DNA of 60,451 bases from Chlamydiia bacterium (lineage in GTDB: Bacteria; Chlamydiota; Chlamydiia; Chlamydiales; Parachlamydiaceae). Below the pieces are notes generated by a model. It ran no database searches. It saw only the letters and a program-made list of their open reading frames with translations, and was not told the DNA's origin. A program made the position numbers and the translations under genes. This document shows positions 26,238 to 35,354 of the stretch, piece after piece. Within the stretch, counting starts at the first letter, position 1. Each line of letters opens with the position of its first letter. The stretch lies in NCBI GenBank assembly GCA_038257035.1, contig JBBSJT010000001.1, positions 1 to 60,451 of the forward strand, read 5' to 3'.

Positions 26238-27704
26238 ATGAAAGAAGTCACCTTAATTTTCCCCGATCAGCTTTTTGAAAATCATCCGGCACTTGATAAA
26301 AAACGTCCGATTTTCTTAGTAGAAGAATTTTTATACTTTAAAGTTCAACCATTTCATAAGCAAAGGCTTGTTCTTTTAAGAAGTGCCATGAAAAATTATG
26401 CCAATTTTTTAAAAGAAAAGGGTTTTGAGATTCACTACATTGAATCCAAACTTTTAGAAGATCGAGATTCCCTCTTTTCAATACTTTCAAAACAAAAAAT
26501 AAATAAAATTCATTTAACAGAATTTGCAGATGAATGGCTTAAAAATGGCCTTACAACAGCCTCACATAAATACTCTTGGAATATAGTATTTCATCCATCA
26601 CCTATGTTTTTATGTTCAGAAGTTGAGGTAAATTCCTTTTTTAAAGGAAAACAAAAGTTTTCAATGGCCCAATTCTACTCTTACCAAAGAAAAAATTTAG
26701 ATATTCTGATGTTAGATAAGGATCCGATAGGCGGAAAATTCAGCTTTGATAATGAAAACAGAAAGCGTTTGCCAAAAGGTATTGTAATCCCGAAAATAGA
26801 ATTTCCAACTCAGGATGCAGTTGTTAAAGAAGCTATTGCTTATGTGAACAGCCACTTTTTAAATGCTATTGGTTCAGCTAGCCCATTTTTATACCCTGTA
26901 ACATTTAAAGAGGCAAAAAAATGGTTAGCAGATTTTATAAAGAATAGACTTCATTTATTTGGTGATTATGAAGATGCAATAAGTCGTGAAGAATCTTTTC
27001 TTTTTCATAGTATTTTAACACCCATGCTAAATATCGGTCTTCTTACTCCCTTAGAGGTTATTCAAGCCACTCTTAAAGCTTATAAAGGCGGTCAAGTTCC
27101 TTTAAATTCTGCAGAAGGATTTATACGCCAAATCATAGGTTGGCGAGAATTTATGAGGGCTTGCTACCTGCTTAAAGGCAATAAAATGAGAAATTCTAAT
27201 TATTTTCAACATAAAGCATCTTTACCAAGAGGTTTTTGGGATGGAACAACAGGAATTGAGCCGGTTGATCAAACGATTAAAAAAATTCTGAATACGGGTT
27301 ATTGTCATCACATAGAAAGGTTGATGGTTCTTGGGAATTTTCTTCTTTTAACAGAAACAGATCCAAATCATGTGTATAAATGGTTTATGGGTTATTTTAT
27401 TGATGCTTACGATTGGGTAATGGTGCCTAATGTTTATGCCATGAGCCAATATGCAGATAAGGGGAGTATCACGACCAAACCCTATATTTCAGGATCCAAT
27501 TATATTCTAAAGATGAGCAATTATGCCAAAGGAGATTGGGTTGATATTTGGGACGGCCTTTTTTGGCGTTTTCTTTCTAAGCATCGTATCTTGTTTCAAA
27601 ATAATCCAAGAACACAAGTTCTTCTAAAACTCCTCGAAAAAAATGCCACCACGATCCTGCCAAAAATCGCTCTCGCAGAAAACTGGCTTGCAACCCATCG
27701 TTAA
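26238..27704 (+). CDS. photolyase/cryptochrome-related protein (COG3046, PhrB/CryB-like) lacking Fe-S cysteines
   Basis: 488 aa. The N-terminal LIFPDQLF, NSAEGFIRQIIGWREFMR and TGYCHHIERLMVLGNFLLL blocks match the bacterial (6-4) photolyase-like family. The protein has only three Cys in total. Confidence 0.75.
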   Translation: MKEVTLIFPDQLFENHPALDKKRPIFLVEEFLYFKVQPFHKQRLVLLRSAMKNYANFLKEKGFEIHYIESKLLEDRDSLFSILSKQKINKIHLTEFADEWLKNGLTTASHKYSWNIVFHPSPMFLCSEVEVNSFFKGKQKFSMAQFYSYQRKNLDILMLDKDPIGGKFSFDNENRKRLPKGIVIPKIEFPTQDAVVKEAIAYVNSHFLNAIGSASPFLYPVTFKEAKKWLADFIKNRLHLFGDYEDAISREESFLFHSILTPMLNIGLLTPLEVIQATLKAYKGGQVPLNSAEGFIRQIIGWREFMRACYLLKGNKMRNSNYFQHKASLPRGFWDGTTGIEPVDQTIKKILNTGYCHHIERLMVLGNFLLLTETDPNHVYKWFMGYFIDAYDWVMVPNVYAMSQYADKGSITTKPYISGSNYILKMSNYAKGDWVDIWDGLFWRFLSKHRILFQNNPRTQVLLKLLEKNATTILPKIALAENWLATHR

Positions 27705-27896
27705 AAATGGTTTCACCCCTAAATGGTTGAGCGATTGGGGGACGGCACTTACGAAGAACTGTCCCCAATCTTTTTTGAAAAATAAACCTTTTGATATTGT
27801 TTTCAATAAGCATGTCGTTTAATTGAAGGTCCTAAGAATGAATAGCTTAGTTTTTGCCGCGGGCTATATATAAATTTAGAACCCATTTCAGGAAGT

Positions 27897-28006
27897 GTTT
27901 GGGGACAGTTCTTCATAAGTGCATAACTCTTAATCGAAGCTAAAGCTGATTAAAGTTTCTTTTATCGATTAAGAGTTATGCACTTATACGAGAACCGTCC
28001 CCAAAC
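27897..28006. repeat. palindromic element (GTTTGGGGAC...GTCCCCAAAC)
   Basis: GTTTGGGGACAGTTCTTCATAAGTGCATAACTCTTAATCGA ... TCGATTAAGAGTTATGCACTTATACGAGAACCGTCCCCAAAC. A related short hairpin, TTGGGGGACGG..CTGTCCCCAA, is at 27735-27768. Confidence 0.85.
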
Positions 28007-28409
28007 GAACATTTTAAGAGTGCTCGGCTGGATCGTTAAATTGGTCAACTTGTAAATTGGACAATCATATAGAAGGAGTAGTAATATTAGACCTATCAAT
28101 TTTTGATTATTCAACTAGCTACTTTAATATAATAAATTAAAATGAAAATTACTAAAACTAATGACATTTCACTATGTAATTGGTCGGCCAAAGTTCATTT
28201 TAAAAACACAAGCGTTTCTTAGTAAAGAATTTAATGACAAATAGATTGAAAAAATGCTTGACAGGGGAATTGACTAAAGGTTACAGGTATGACTAAGAGT
28301 TTAAAGTATTTTTAAGGTAAAAATTTCAAGCCAAATTAAGAGATCAACTTAATGGCATAATTGATCAAATGATATAGCAGCCTTTAAATTTATAAAAAAA
28401 GGATAATAT

Positions 28410-28685
28410 ATGTTATTTAAAACCTTATTTATCTTAACTGCCTGTATTTCACTTTTTACAGTGTCAACACATCTTGAAGCAAGGCACCATGGCTGTCACC
28501 ACAATTGCGGACCCTCTGTTTTCATCCAACCAACTTATGTAGCACCTGCACCAGCCTACGCTTACTACCCGCAACCTGTTTATGTGCAGCAGCCTGTTTA
28601 TGTGCAGCAGCCAGTTTACTACGAACAGCCCTATTCGCCCTCCTCTTTTAACTTTAACTTTGGATTTGGCGGAGTGTTTCGCTAA
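28410..28685 (+). CDS. small secreted repeat protein (91 aa)
   Basis: Signal-peptide-like N-terminus (MLFKTLFILTACISLFTVSTHLEA), a His/Cys patch (RHHGCHHNCG), then QPVYVQQPVYVQQPVYYEQPY repeats. Confidence 0.5.
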   Translation: MLFKTLFILTACISLFTVSTHLEARHHGCHHNCGPSVFIQPTYVAPAPAYAYYPQPVYVQQPVYVQQPVYYEQPYSPSSFNFNFGFGGVFR

Positions 28686-29060
28686 ACTGATTTGTCATGG
28701 ATCATCCTTAAGAACTGAGGAATTTGTTGAATGGAATTAGAACCTTTATTTCCCAATGCGAAAAGCATTTGAGGGTAAGTAATTTCCTGTTTGCTTTTCG
28801 TATCTTTTATATATGAACTTTCTCAGGCTCAAGATAAAAAATGAACTATGATTTCTATTGGCAAAAAGGAGATCATCGAAACGTCATTTTTTGTACTAAG
28901 AATATAAAAAGCATTCTGTTTTTTTTTATACCCATCAACTAAAAATAAATATTAAATCTTTTTTTTTATTAAAGTTTTATAATTTTCAATTTTAATGTTA
29001 TTATAAATTAATTACGATGATTATATGCTGAAATAGTAAGCATTAACAAATTAATGGTGA

Positions 29061-30008
29061 ATGATTATGGATAATATAAACCATTACATCAGTAACTATG
29101 AAGATTTTTTAGTATTTTGCGACCCTGATTACAAAAATGAAATCTATAAGAAGATTGAAGTACGTTTAAAATTAATAGGGGGATTAAAGGGTGAAGCTCT
29201 TCGCCAAGTAATGGATAACTTAAAATCGCAATATGAAACTCATCTGATAAAGCCTGAAAATCAAATAAACTTAAAAAAATTTGTGCAAATAGCTTCAGAA
29301 AATTTGGAGTCTATTAAAAAATCTCCCGAAAGCGTTCTTGTTGCAGGTAAGCTGAATCTTTTATTATTCCAGTATAAACATAATCCTGGAAAAAAAGAAT
29401 TCAGTTTACCTTTTTTTACAACACTTGAAGAGAAAGCACATAAGTTAGAACTCGATCTTAAAGGAATTTATTCAAAGGGTGAGCTCGATAATTATTTTAT
29501 GACAGCTGAACTTTTCATCACAAAACCTATTAAACAAGCCATCAAGCATTTAACACCCGATCAGGTAAAGGAATATGCCAAAAATAATGTATTCCATTTA
29601 AGTGAATCTATTGGAATCTCTAATTCTATTCTACTAGAAGATCTTATCAAGATTTTTTCAGAGGATCAAATAAAAGCTCTTTTTCAAGGCATTACTGAAA
29701 TGAAAGATAAGGAGCAATCTTTTCGACAATTATTCTGTTGCCTAATTCATGCTAGAAAGACCGCTTCAATAGTATATGAAAGCTTCCCTATAGATTATTT
29801 TATTAAATACTTTGAGAGTCATTTAAAAAATATTCAAGGTATGAAAATCAACGCTATGGAAAAACCTTTATTGGCATTGGATGGAGTAATTATTCAGGGG
29901 CGTCTAAATCCAATCGCTAAAATTGTGATTCAAGATGCGGTTAAAAACAATAATTATCTTAGGAGCAATGACCTCGTAAAAATATATGAAATACGGATTA
30001 GGGCTTAA
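29061..30008 (+). CDS. hypothetical protein (315 aa)
   Basis: Uninterrupted ORF in an otherwise ORF-poor AT-rich region. No motif recognised. Confidence 0.5.
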   Translation: MIMDNINHYISNYEDFLVFCDPDYKNEIYKKIEVRLKLIGGLKGEALRQVMDNLKSQYETHLIKPENQINLKKFVQIASENLESIKKSPESVLVAGKLNLLLFQYKHNPGKKEFSLPFFTTLEEKAHKLELDLKGIYSKGELDNYFMTAELFITKPIKQAIKHLTPDQVKEYAKNNVFHLSESIGISNSILLEDLIKIFSEDQIKALFQGITEMKDKEQSFRQLFCCLIHARKTASIVYESFPIDYFIKYFESHLKNIQGMKINAMEKPLLALDGVIIQGRLNPIAKIVIQDAVKNNNYLRSNDLVKIYEIRIRA

Positions 30009-30094
30009 GATTGATATCACTTATAAGGGTTTAAAATCTGATCAAATTACCAAACGCTAAAGCTTAATTTTCATAAACAGAAAAGCGTAGGGGA

Positions 30095-30457
30095 TTACTT
30101 GGACATGTAGTCTTGGCAAATAGGAATACAATAGATATTTTTTGTAAGAATGATTTTTCTACAGCAAGGTACAGTTGTTGTGAATGATATTCCTTCCACA
30201 ATACCGGAGATTGTTTTTTCGGTGTCGCCTGTATTATACAAATGCAAAAACTTTTGATCTGGATTCAAGCTATAACTTCTATCTCTTACCGGGTAATCAA
30301 AACCTGTATAGGGCAAAATTAAACCTAAAATATCATCTTTAAAATTAATAATATGTTGGTCAAATTCGCGCGCAATATTGAAAGTTTTAAGAGTGGGGGT
30401 ATAGGGATAACAGCCACTAAATCCCCAAACAGTGGGTGAATTATATTCGTTTTGCAT
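30095..30457 (-). CDS. hypothetical protein (120 aa)
   Basis: ORF downstream of the tRNA-Ser terminator on the same strand. No motif recognised. Confidence 0.4.
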   Translation of the reverse strand: MQNEYNSPTVWGFSGCYPYTPTLKTFNIAREFDQHIINFKDDILGLILPYTGFDYPVRDRSYSLNPDQKFLHLYNTGDTEKTISGIVEGISFTTTVPCCRKIILTKNIYCIPICQDYMSK

Positions 30458-30491
30458 GTGTCTAGGAATTCGTATTCAAATATTAAAAAGC

Positions 30492-30516
30492 AAAAAAAAA
30501 GCAGGTAAAAACCTGC
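30492..30516 (-). terminator. intrinsic terminator of tRNA-Ser
   Basis: On the minus strand, GCAGGT-TTTT-ACCTGC is followed by T9. It lies 15 nt after the tRNA 3' end. Confidence 0.6.
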
Positions 30517-30530
30517 ATTATCAAAAGGAA

Positions 30531-30615
30531 CGGAAGAGGTAGGATTCGAACCCACGGTCCCTCGCAGGACTTCTGTTTTCAAGACAGACGCAATCGGCCA
30601 CTCTGCCACTCTTCC
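30531..30615 (-). tRNA. tRNA-Ser (anticodon UGA)
   Basis: The reverse complement is GGAAGAGTGGCAGAGTGGCCGATTGCGTCTGTCTTGAAAACAGAAGTCCTGCGAGGGACCGTGGGTTCGAATCCTACCTCTTCCG. It has a 7-bp acceptor stem, a CT-TGA-AA anticodon loop, a long variable arm, a GGTTCGAATCC T-loop, discriminator G, and no encoded CCA. Confidence 0.9.
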
Positions 30616-30944
30616 GCATTTGAATCATCAGTTATACCTCATTCTCGGAGATAAAATCAAGTTTTTTTATAGCTCAATTCCACAAAATTAATATTTTATG
30701 TCGTAAACTGTAGGTAATGTAGGGTTTAGGGCACGTTTAAAACCATTTTTGATAATTTTCTTATGAGGGGTGAGTTTTGATCTTTACCAAGTCTTAAATC
30801 AACTACATTCTACAACTAAATCGCAATTAAATCAACAAATATGGAATAAAATTAAATAATAAATAGTTTTAATAATAAACTATTATAATGTAATAATAAA
30901 AGTATGATTAGTTGTGGCACAGCACGAACATGAAGGAGTATTAT

Positions 30945-33101
30945 ATGCCTTACCGTAACAAAACAGAGCAGCAAATGACTTTAACAGATGCCGTAGAAGC
31001 GTTATCAATGATTGTTGATATGGAGCCTGCAAAAAACAGTGCAATGAGCTCTGATGATTATCAACATTTGAGCGATCGGTTAAAAAGATGGTCTGAAAAA
31101 CCGTCATCTGCCCATCAAAACAGCGATATTGAATTGGTAAAAAATATATTTGGGACTATTCTTTATCACTTAAAAAACTTATATGTCGATGAATCCATAT
31201 ACATTGCAGATGAACAAAAAAATAGAAGGGTAAAAACGATCATGCTTCTTGTCGGAGAAGCTGCGTCAAATCTTGATCGCTTGACAGGACTATTTCATGA
31301 CACTCAATTAAAAAGCGTGCATGAACTTAAAGAATTTAAGCAGCTTCAAGAATTTTACCTCAATCGCGTGGCAAGAAAAATCGATACCGGACTTTTAAGT
31401 AAGTGGATTCTTGGAATACAGGGAGTTAAGAGCGTTGATGAAATTGCAGTTAAACCTTCTTTAAAAACCCTGCACACTGAACATGTGTTTATTGATCTTG
31501 AAGGTGTGAAAAAAGATACTGAGTATGAGTTGTTTTTCATCAGAAAAGAAGATGGTACTAGGTTTTTTGATCCAAAACTCATACGTAGCATAAAGCTTGT
31601 GTGCGATTTTGACTCCTATTTTAAAAACGGAGTTTTGGACGATCCTTTTGCAGACATACACTGGGTGGTCGATAGAAATTTACATATCACAGCAAAAAAT
31701 ATGATTGCTGTTTTAAATAACTCGATTGGCAAATTTTATCGTGAAATGGCAAGCTACAAAAAAAATGATATGGTTTATGGCTTACAAAAAGCAGTTATGG
31801 CTTTGATGCTTGCTTCAAACCCAAAAAATCTCTTACGAAATAATCCACACAAATCTTGTTTTGAGTATTTTGTTGATTTCCAACTTTTTGTAAGACAAGT
31901 GCTACAAACAAGGGAATATCATCGGATGATAGCTTATCCCGATCCATCTATCGGAAAAAGCAGCCCTTTAATGGAAATGCTAAACGCTCTAATTCTTAGC
32001 TACTATACAGCTAAACAAGAAATGCACTCAGAGGTATCCTTTGTTGAAAATATTATCCACGAAGCAACAGAGAATAAATCTGAAAACCTTACCGGAAGAT
32101 TACTAGAGCAAGTTTTAAGTGCTAATTATGCGGCTATGGGAAAAATGATAAAAACACATCCAAACGGGCATCTTAAGAAAATTCTGGAAATGGTAGAAAA
32201 TGGAAACACACCGCATTTTGATCCACTTTTTCAACATAATCTACCAATGGAAATGTACCAATTGTATGTTGACAGCATAAAAATGGTCAATATTCGATTA
32301 CCGGCTCCAATAATCCAAGAAAATATACAAAAAGTTTGGGTCAATGATGAGTTTAAAGCCTTTTTAAGATCTTTAAAAGTGACAGAGCAAAAATTGTTGA
32401 TGTTCAACTTTCAAGATAAAACATCATGGAGGGAACATTCACGGGTTAAAGCGCTTGAAGATCTACATAAAAATCCTGAATTTGCAGACAATTTCATTGT
32501 TGTCACCATTCCAAAGGATACGGAGTTCTACCATCAAGCAGCCCCTTACAATAAAGAAAGTCATGCTGATGTATTTATAAAGAATCTAAAAGAGCAATTG
32601 GTTGATGAAAGCGCTGGATTTTATTTTCCGAAAGCTGATGACTTTGAAGCTTTTATTGATCGTTCAATTAAGCTTGTGCATGAAACGTTCTTTCAGTCAA
32701 AAAACGTTTTAACAAGAGATCAGCGCCTTGATTTTATTGAAATCTTCTACTTCTTTTTAGAACTGAAATTTATAGACATTTATAAGCCCAACTATTTTAG
32801 TTTTACATGTAAAGACGCCATTGATATTTCAGGTGCTAGTAACGCTTGTCTATTTGCTTTCCTAAAACTCTTAAACCAGGAAAAATTGTCAGAGAAGGAC
32901 ATGGAGTTTATGAATTTCTTGATCTATGCAATACCGATCACTGTACGCGAGCGTCTTATGTTGCGTGAGCGATTTATTCGCATGGCAAGCGCGATTAAAA
33001 GTTTTGAGTCATCCAAATCCATTGGACAAGAGTTTAAGCAAGTGTTCGCAGAACTTTACGAAGCACCAATCTTGGACTCCAAGTTTAGCTTCGGAAGTTG
33101 A
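30945..33101 (+). CDS. hypothetical protein (~718 aa)
   Basis: Long ORF. I prefer ATG 30945, which follows GAAGGAG, to TTG 30912. No motif recognised. Confidence 0.6.
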   Translation: MPYRNKTEQQMTLTDAVEALSMIVDMEPAKNSAMSSDDYQHLSDRLKRWSEKPSSAHQNSDIELVKNIFGTILYHLKNLYVDESIYIADEQKNRRVKTIMLLVGEAASNLDRLTGLFHDTQLKSVHELKEFKQLQEFYLNRVARKIDTGLLSKWILGIQGVKSVDEIAVKPSLKTLHTEHVFIDLEGVKKDTEYELFFIRKEDGTRFFDPKLIRSIKLVCDFDSYFKNGVLDDPFADIHWVVDRNLHITAKNMIAVLNNSIGKFYREMASYKKNDMVYGLQKAVMALMLASNPKNLLRNNPHKSCFEYFVDFQLFVRQVLQTREYHRMIAYPDPSIGKSSPLMEMLNALILSYYTAKQEMHSEVSFVENIIHEATENKSENLTGRLLEQVLSANYAAMGKMIKTHPNGHLKKILEMVENGNTPHFDPLFQHNLPMEMYQLYVDSIKMVNIRLPAPIIQENIQKVWVNDEFKAFLRSLKVTEQKLLMFNFQDKTSWREHSRVKALEDLHKNPEFADNFIVVTIPKDTEFYHQAAPYNKESHADVFIKNLKEQLVDESAGFYFPKADDFEAFIDRSIKLVHETFFQSKNVLTRDQRLDFIEIFYFFLELKFIDIYKPNYFSFTCKDAIDISGASNACLFAFLKLLNQEKLSEKDMEFMNFLIYAIPITVRERLMLRERFIRMASAIKSFESSKSIGQEFKQVFAELYEAPILDSKFSFGS

Positions 33102-33117
33102 GGGGATGAGCGTGTGA

Positions 33118-33303
33118 TTTTAACACAGAGATCAAAGAGGAGGAATGAGAGGAGGGAGAAGGTTCTTAGAAAGGACGAGGCTTTATAAACCGGTTTTATT
33201 TGGAGTGGAACATATTAATATTTCGTTTCACGAGAAAAGCTCAGGCTTTAAAAGACCTCTCACTAATCTCATTCCTTCTCTGTGTTCTCTGTGTTAAAAA
33301 AAA
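33118..33303. repeat. palindromic element, TTTTAACACAGAG...CTCTGTGTTAAAA family
   Basis: TTTTAACACAGAGATCAAAGAGGAGGAATGAGAGG ... CCTCTCACTAATCTCATTCCTTCTCTGTGTTCTCTGTGTTAAAAAAAA. Related full or half copies are at 38607-38704, 10781-10840 and 2285-2328. Confidence 0.85.
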
Positions 33304-33318
33304 CGTGTCTTACAGAGG

Positions 33319-34128
33319 TTATTTTTTTTCGGCGATGATGGTGAGGAACATAGGGAATTCTTCACGACTGCGGTTTTCCATTTTTGCAGCGCCACCTGTG
33401 CTTACTTTATTGGAGCACCACTCTTCCATGTCATCGACGAAAAAGCCGGCTTTTTTTAGCCAGTTGACGTATTGGGACAGTGGGTGGTGAAAGGAGATTG
33501 TTGTAGCAGATGCCGCACCTTGACTTGGATGAGCCTGTAATGGAATACTCATTGGGGTAAAGTAGCGATCGACCCTTCTGTATTGAAGTTTTTTTGGTTC
33601 ATCAATTTGCCAAGAGGACTGCCTTGGGATGCGGTAACATGGGTGATTCATCACGATAATGAGTTTAGCACCTTTTTCAAGGAATTTCGCGGCATTTTTG
33701 AATACTTGCTCAGGAAATTCCATATTTTGGATAGCTAAAATGATTGTTGCATGAGTGAACGTACGGTCCTTAATTGGAAGAGGTGCTGTTACATCAGAAG
33801 TTATGTATTCATGATTAGCAGACCTGTCTTGGACGCTTGCAGCTTTAATGAATGAAGGTGCGGAGTCAATACCAAGGTAATTGATGTTTTTTGGGATATG
33901 GCGGCCTAATATTCCATCGCCACAGCCAAGATCGAGTAGGCGATCGGTAGCTTTAAGGTTCATTAAACGAGTTAGACCTGGAAGAATCAGATTTTGATGG
34001 AAGTAATGACCATCATCTCCGACGATTCCGCGATACCACTTTTGGACTGGCTCCCAAGAAGTTGTTTGCGAGTTCTGCCGAGGAGGCGATTTACGTTGAT
34101 CTGGATTTGGTTTTTTGTTATATCTCAT
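33319..34128 (-). CDS. class I SAM-dependent methyltransferase
   Basis: 269 aa. Motif I is LLDLGCGDGILG, followed by an acidic post-I residue (..YLGIDS..) and a Rossmann-like pattern. Basic N-terminal tail. Confidence 0.75.
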   Translation of the reverse strand: MRYNKKPNPDQRKSPPRQNSQTTSWEPVQKWYRGIVGDDGHYFHQNLILPGLTRLMNLKATDRLLDLGCGDGILGRHIPKNINYLGIDSAPSFIKAASVQDRSANHEYITSDVTAPLPIKDRTFTHATIILAIQNMEFPEQVFKNAAKFLEKGAKLIIVMNHPCYRIPRQSSWQIDEPKKLQYRRVDRYFTPMSIPLQAHPSQGAASATTISFHHPLSQYVNWLKKAGFFVDDMEEWCSNKVSTGGAAKMENRSREEFPMFLTIIAEKK

Positions 34129-34183
34129 AATAGAAGTACTATATAGTTTTTAATCAAATTTGTCTAGAGTAAAGAGAGGGTTT

Positions 34184-34576
34184 ATGGGAAAGTTAGAACT
34201 TTCACAGATTAAACAAATTTTGCAAAATGCAAGCAACGAAATTATGATTGTTCATAAAGAAGCTGTTCATATGCATGGCAATGTTTCAGATATTAAAGTA
34301 GAAAAACTAAAAAAAATTCTTAGCGAATCAGAAGAAGCATTAACCGAATTAAATGGAATAAATGTTAGCTTAACTCCGAAGCTTGAATCGGGACAGGTTC
34401 AGAATTTAATGGATGCCATTTTAACAGTACGTAAGAATCCGATCAATCCGTCAGTTTTACAAGCTGTTTTGTCTAGTTTGCAAAAGTTAAACATGAACCT
34501 TGATGAAGTTAGAATTGATAAAGACGAGCGTTTAGGTAATAAAATTGAAGGGATCAATAAGTCTAAAGGGTCTTAA
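34184..34576 (+). CDS. hypothetical protein (~130 aa)
   Basis: ORF with ATG 34184 after AGAGAGGG. Helical/coiled composition. No motif recognised. Confidence 0.45.
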   Translation: MGKLELSQIKQILQNASNEIMIVHKEAVHMHGNVSDIKVEKLKKILSESEEALTELNGINVSLTPKLESGQVQNLMDAILTVRKNPINPSVLQAVLSSLQKLNMNLDEVRIDKDERLGNKIEGINKSKGS

Positions 34577-34612
34577 GAGACTTTAAGTCCTCATTAAATA
34601 AAGGGTTCTAAT

Positions 34613-35047
34613 ATGGATATTACAAGCCCAAGTTTCCAAAATAATGGAATTATCCCTAAAAAACATGCATGTGAAGGTGATAATCTATCTCCTGCTTTAA
34701 ATTTTACTGACGTGCCAAAAGCCGCGACCACACTCGTACTAATTGTCGACGATCCCGATGGGCCTTCCGGCACATTTGATCATTGGATCGTTTGGAATAT
34801 TCCGGCCGACATTACAGGAATCGAAGAGGGGCAAAAAGGGTTAACCACTGGCCTGAACAGTTTTTTGGTCAGTCGCTATAAAGGCCCGTGTCCGCCCGTA
34901 GGCTCCTCGCACCGTTATTTTTTTAAACTTTACGCATTAGATACAAAATTAAAGTTACCCTCAAGAGTCAATAAAAAACAACTGTTGGCTGCAATGCAAG
35001 GACATATCATAGATAGAGCCCAGCTTATTGGTATCTTTCAAAGATAA
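34613..35047 (+). CDS. PEBP family protein (YbhB/YbcL type)
   Basis: 144 aa. LIVDDPDGPSGTFDHWIVWNIP and YKGPCPPVGSSHRYFFKLYALD are the two PEBP (PF01161) signature blocks. No signal peptide. Confidence 0.85.
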   Translation: MDITSPSFQNNGIIPKKHACEGDNLSPALNFTDVPKAATTLVLIVDDPDGPSGTFDHWIVWNIPADITGIEEGQKGLTTGLNSFLVSRYKGPCPPVGSSHRYFFKLYALDTKLKLPSRVNKKQLLAAMQGHIIDRAQLIGIFQR

Positions 35048-35145
35048 AAAACAATGTGCGATATTATTCTGCACCCGAGTAGAATTTTCTTTCTTTTAAG
35101 ATCATCGCATTAGAATCCATTTCAACATGAGCTATAGACAATCTT

Positions 35146-35245
35146 CTATAACTCAATTACATCCCAAATCATGAGTTATAGAGTTAAGTCCTATAACTCA
35201 ATTACATCCCAAATCATGAGTTATAGAGTTAAGTCCTATAACTCA
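35146..35245. repeat. 45-bp tandem repeat (2.2 copies), each unit a hairpin
   Basis: The unit CTATAACTCAATTACATCCCAAATCATGAGTTATAGAGTTAAGTC occurs at 35146-35190 and 35191-35235, with a partial third copy. Each unit contains the inverted repeat CTATAACTCA/TGAGTTATAG. Confidence 0.9.
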
Positions 35246-35354
35246 TTTTCTGAGCTCTATTAAATTTTTAAATAGTTTTAATTAAAATAATTTCTAGACA
35301 AAAAGAGGCAGTTTTCCATATATGTCAATTTACAAAATAATGGAGTGAATTAGT

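Noticed and set aside
30325-30609. 94-aa minus-strand ORF
   Set aside because: It overlaps tRNA-Ser and its terminator, and its translation includes the tRNA sequence itself.
33200-33490. 96-aa plus-strand ORF
   Set aside because: It begins inside the palindromic element and runs antisense into the methyltransferase gene, which carries a clear SAM-binding motif.
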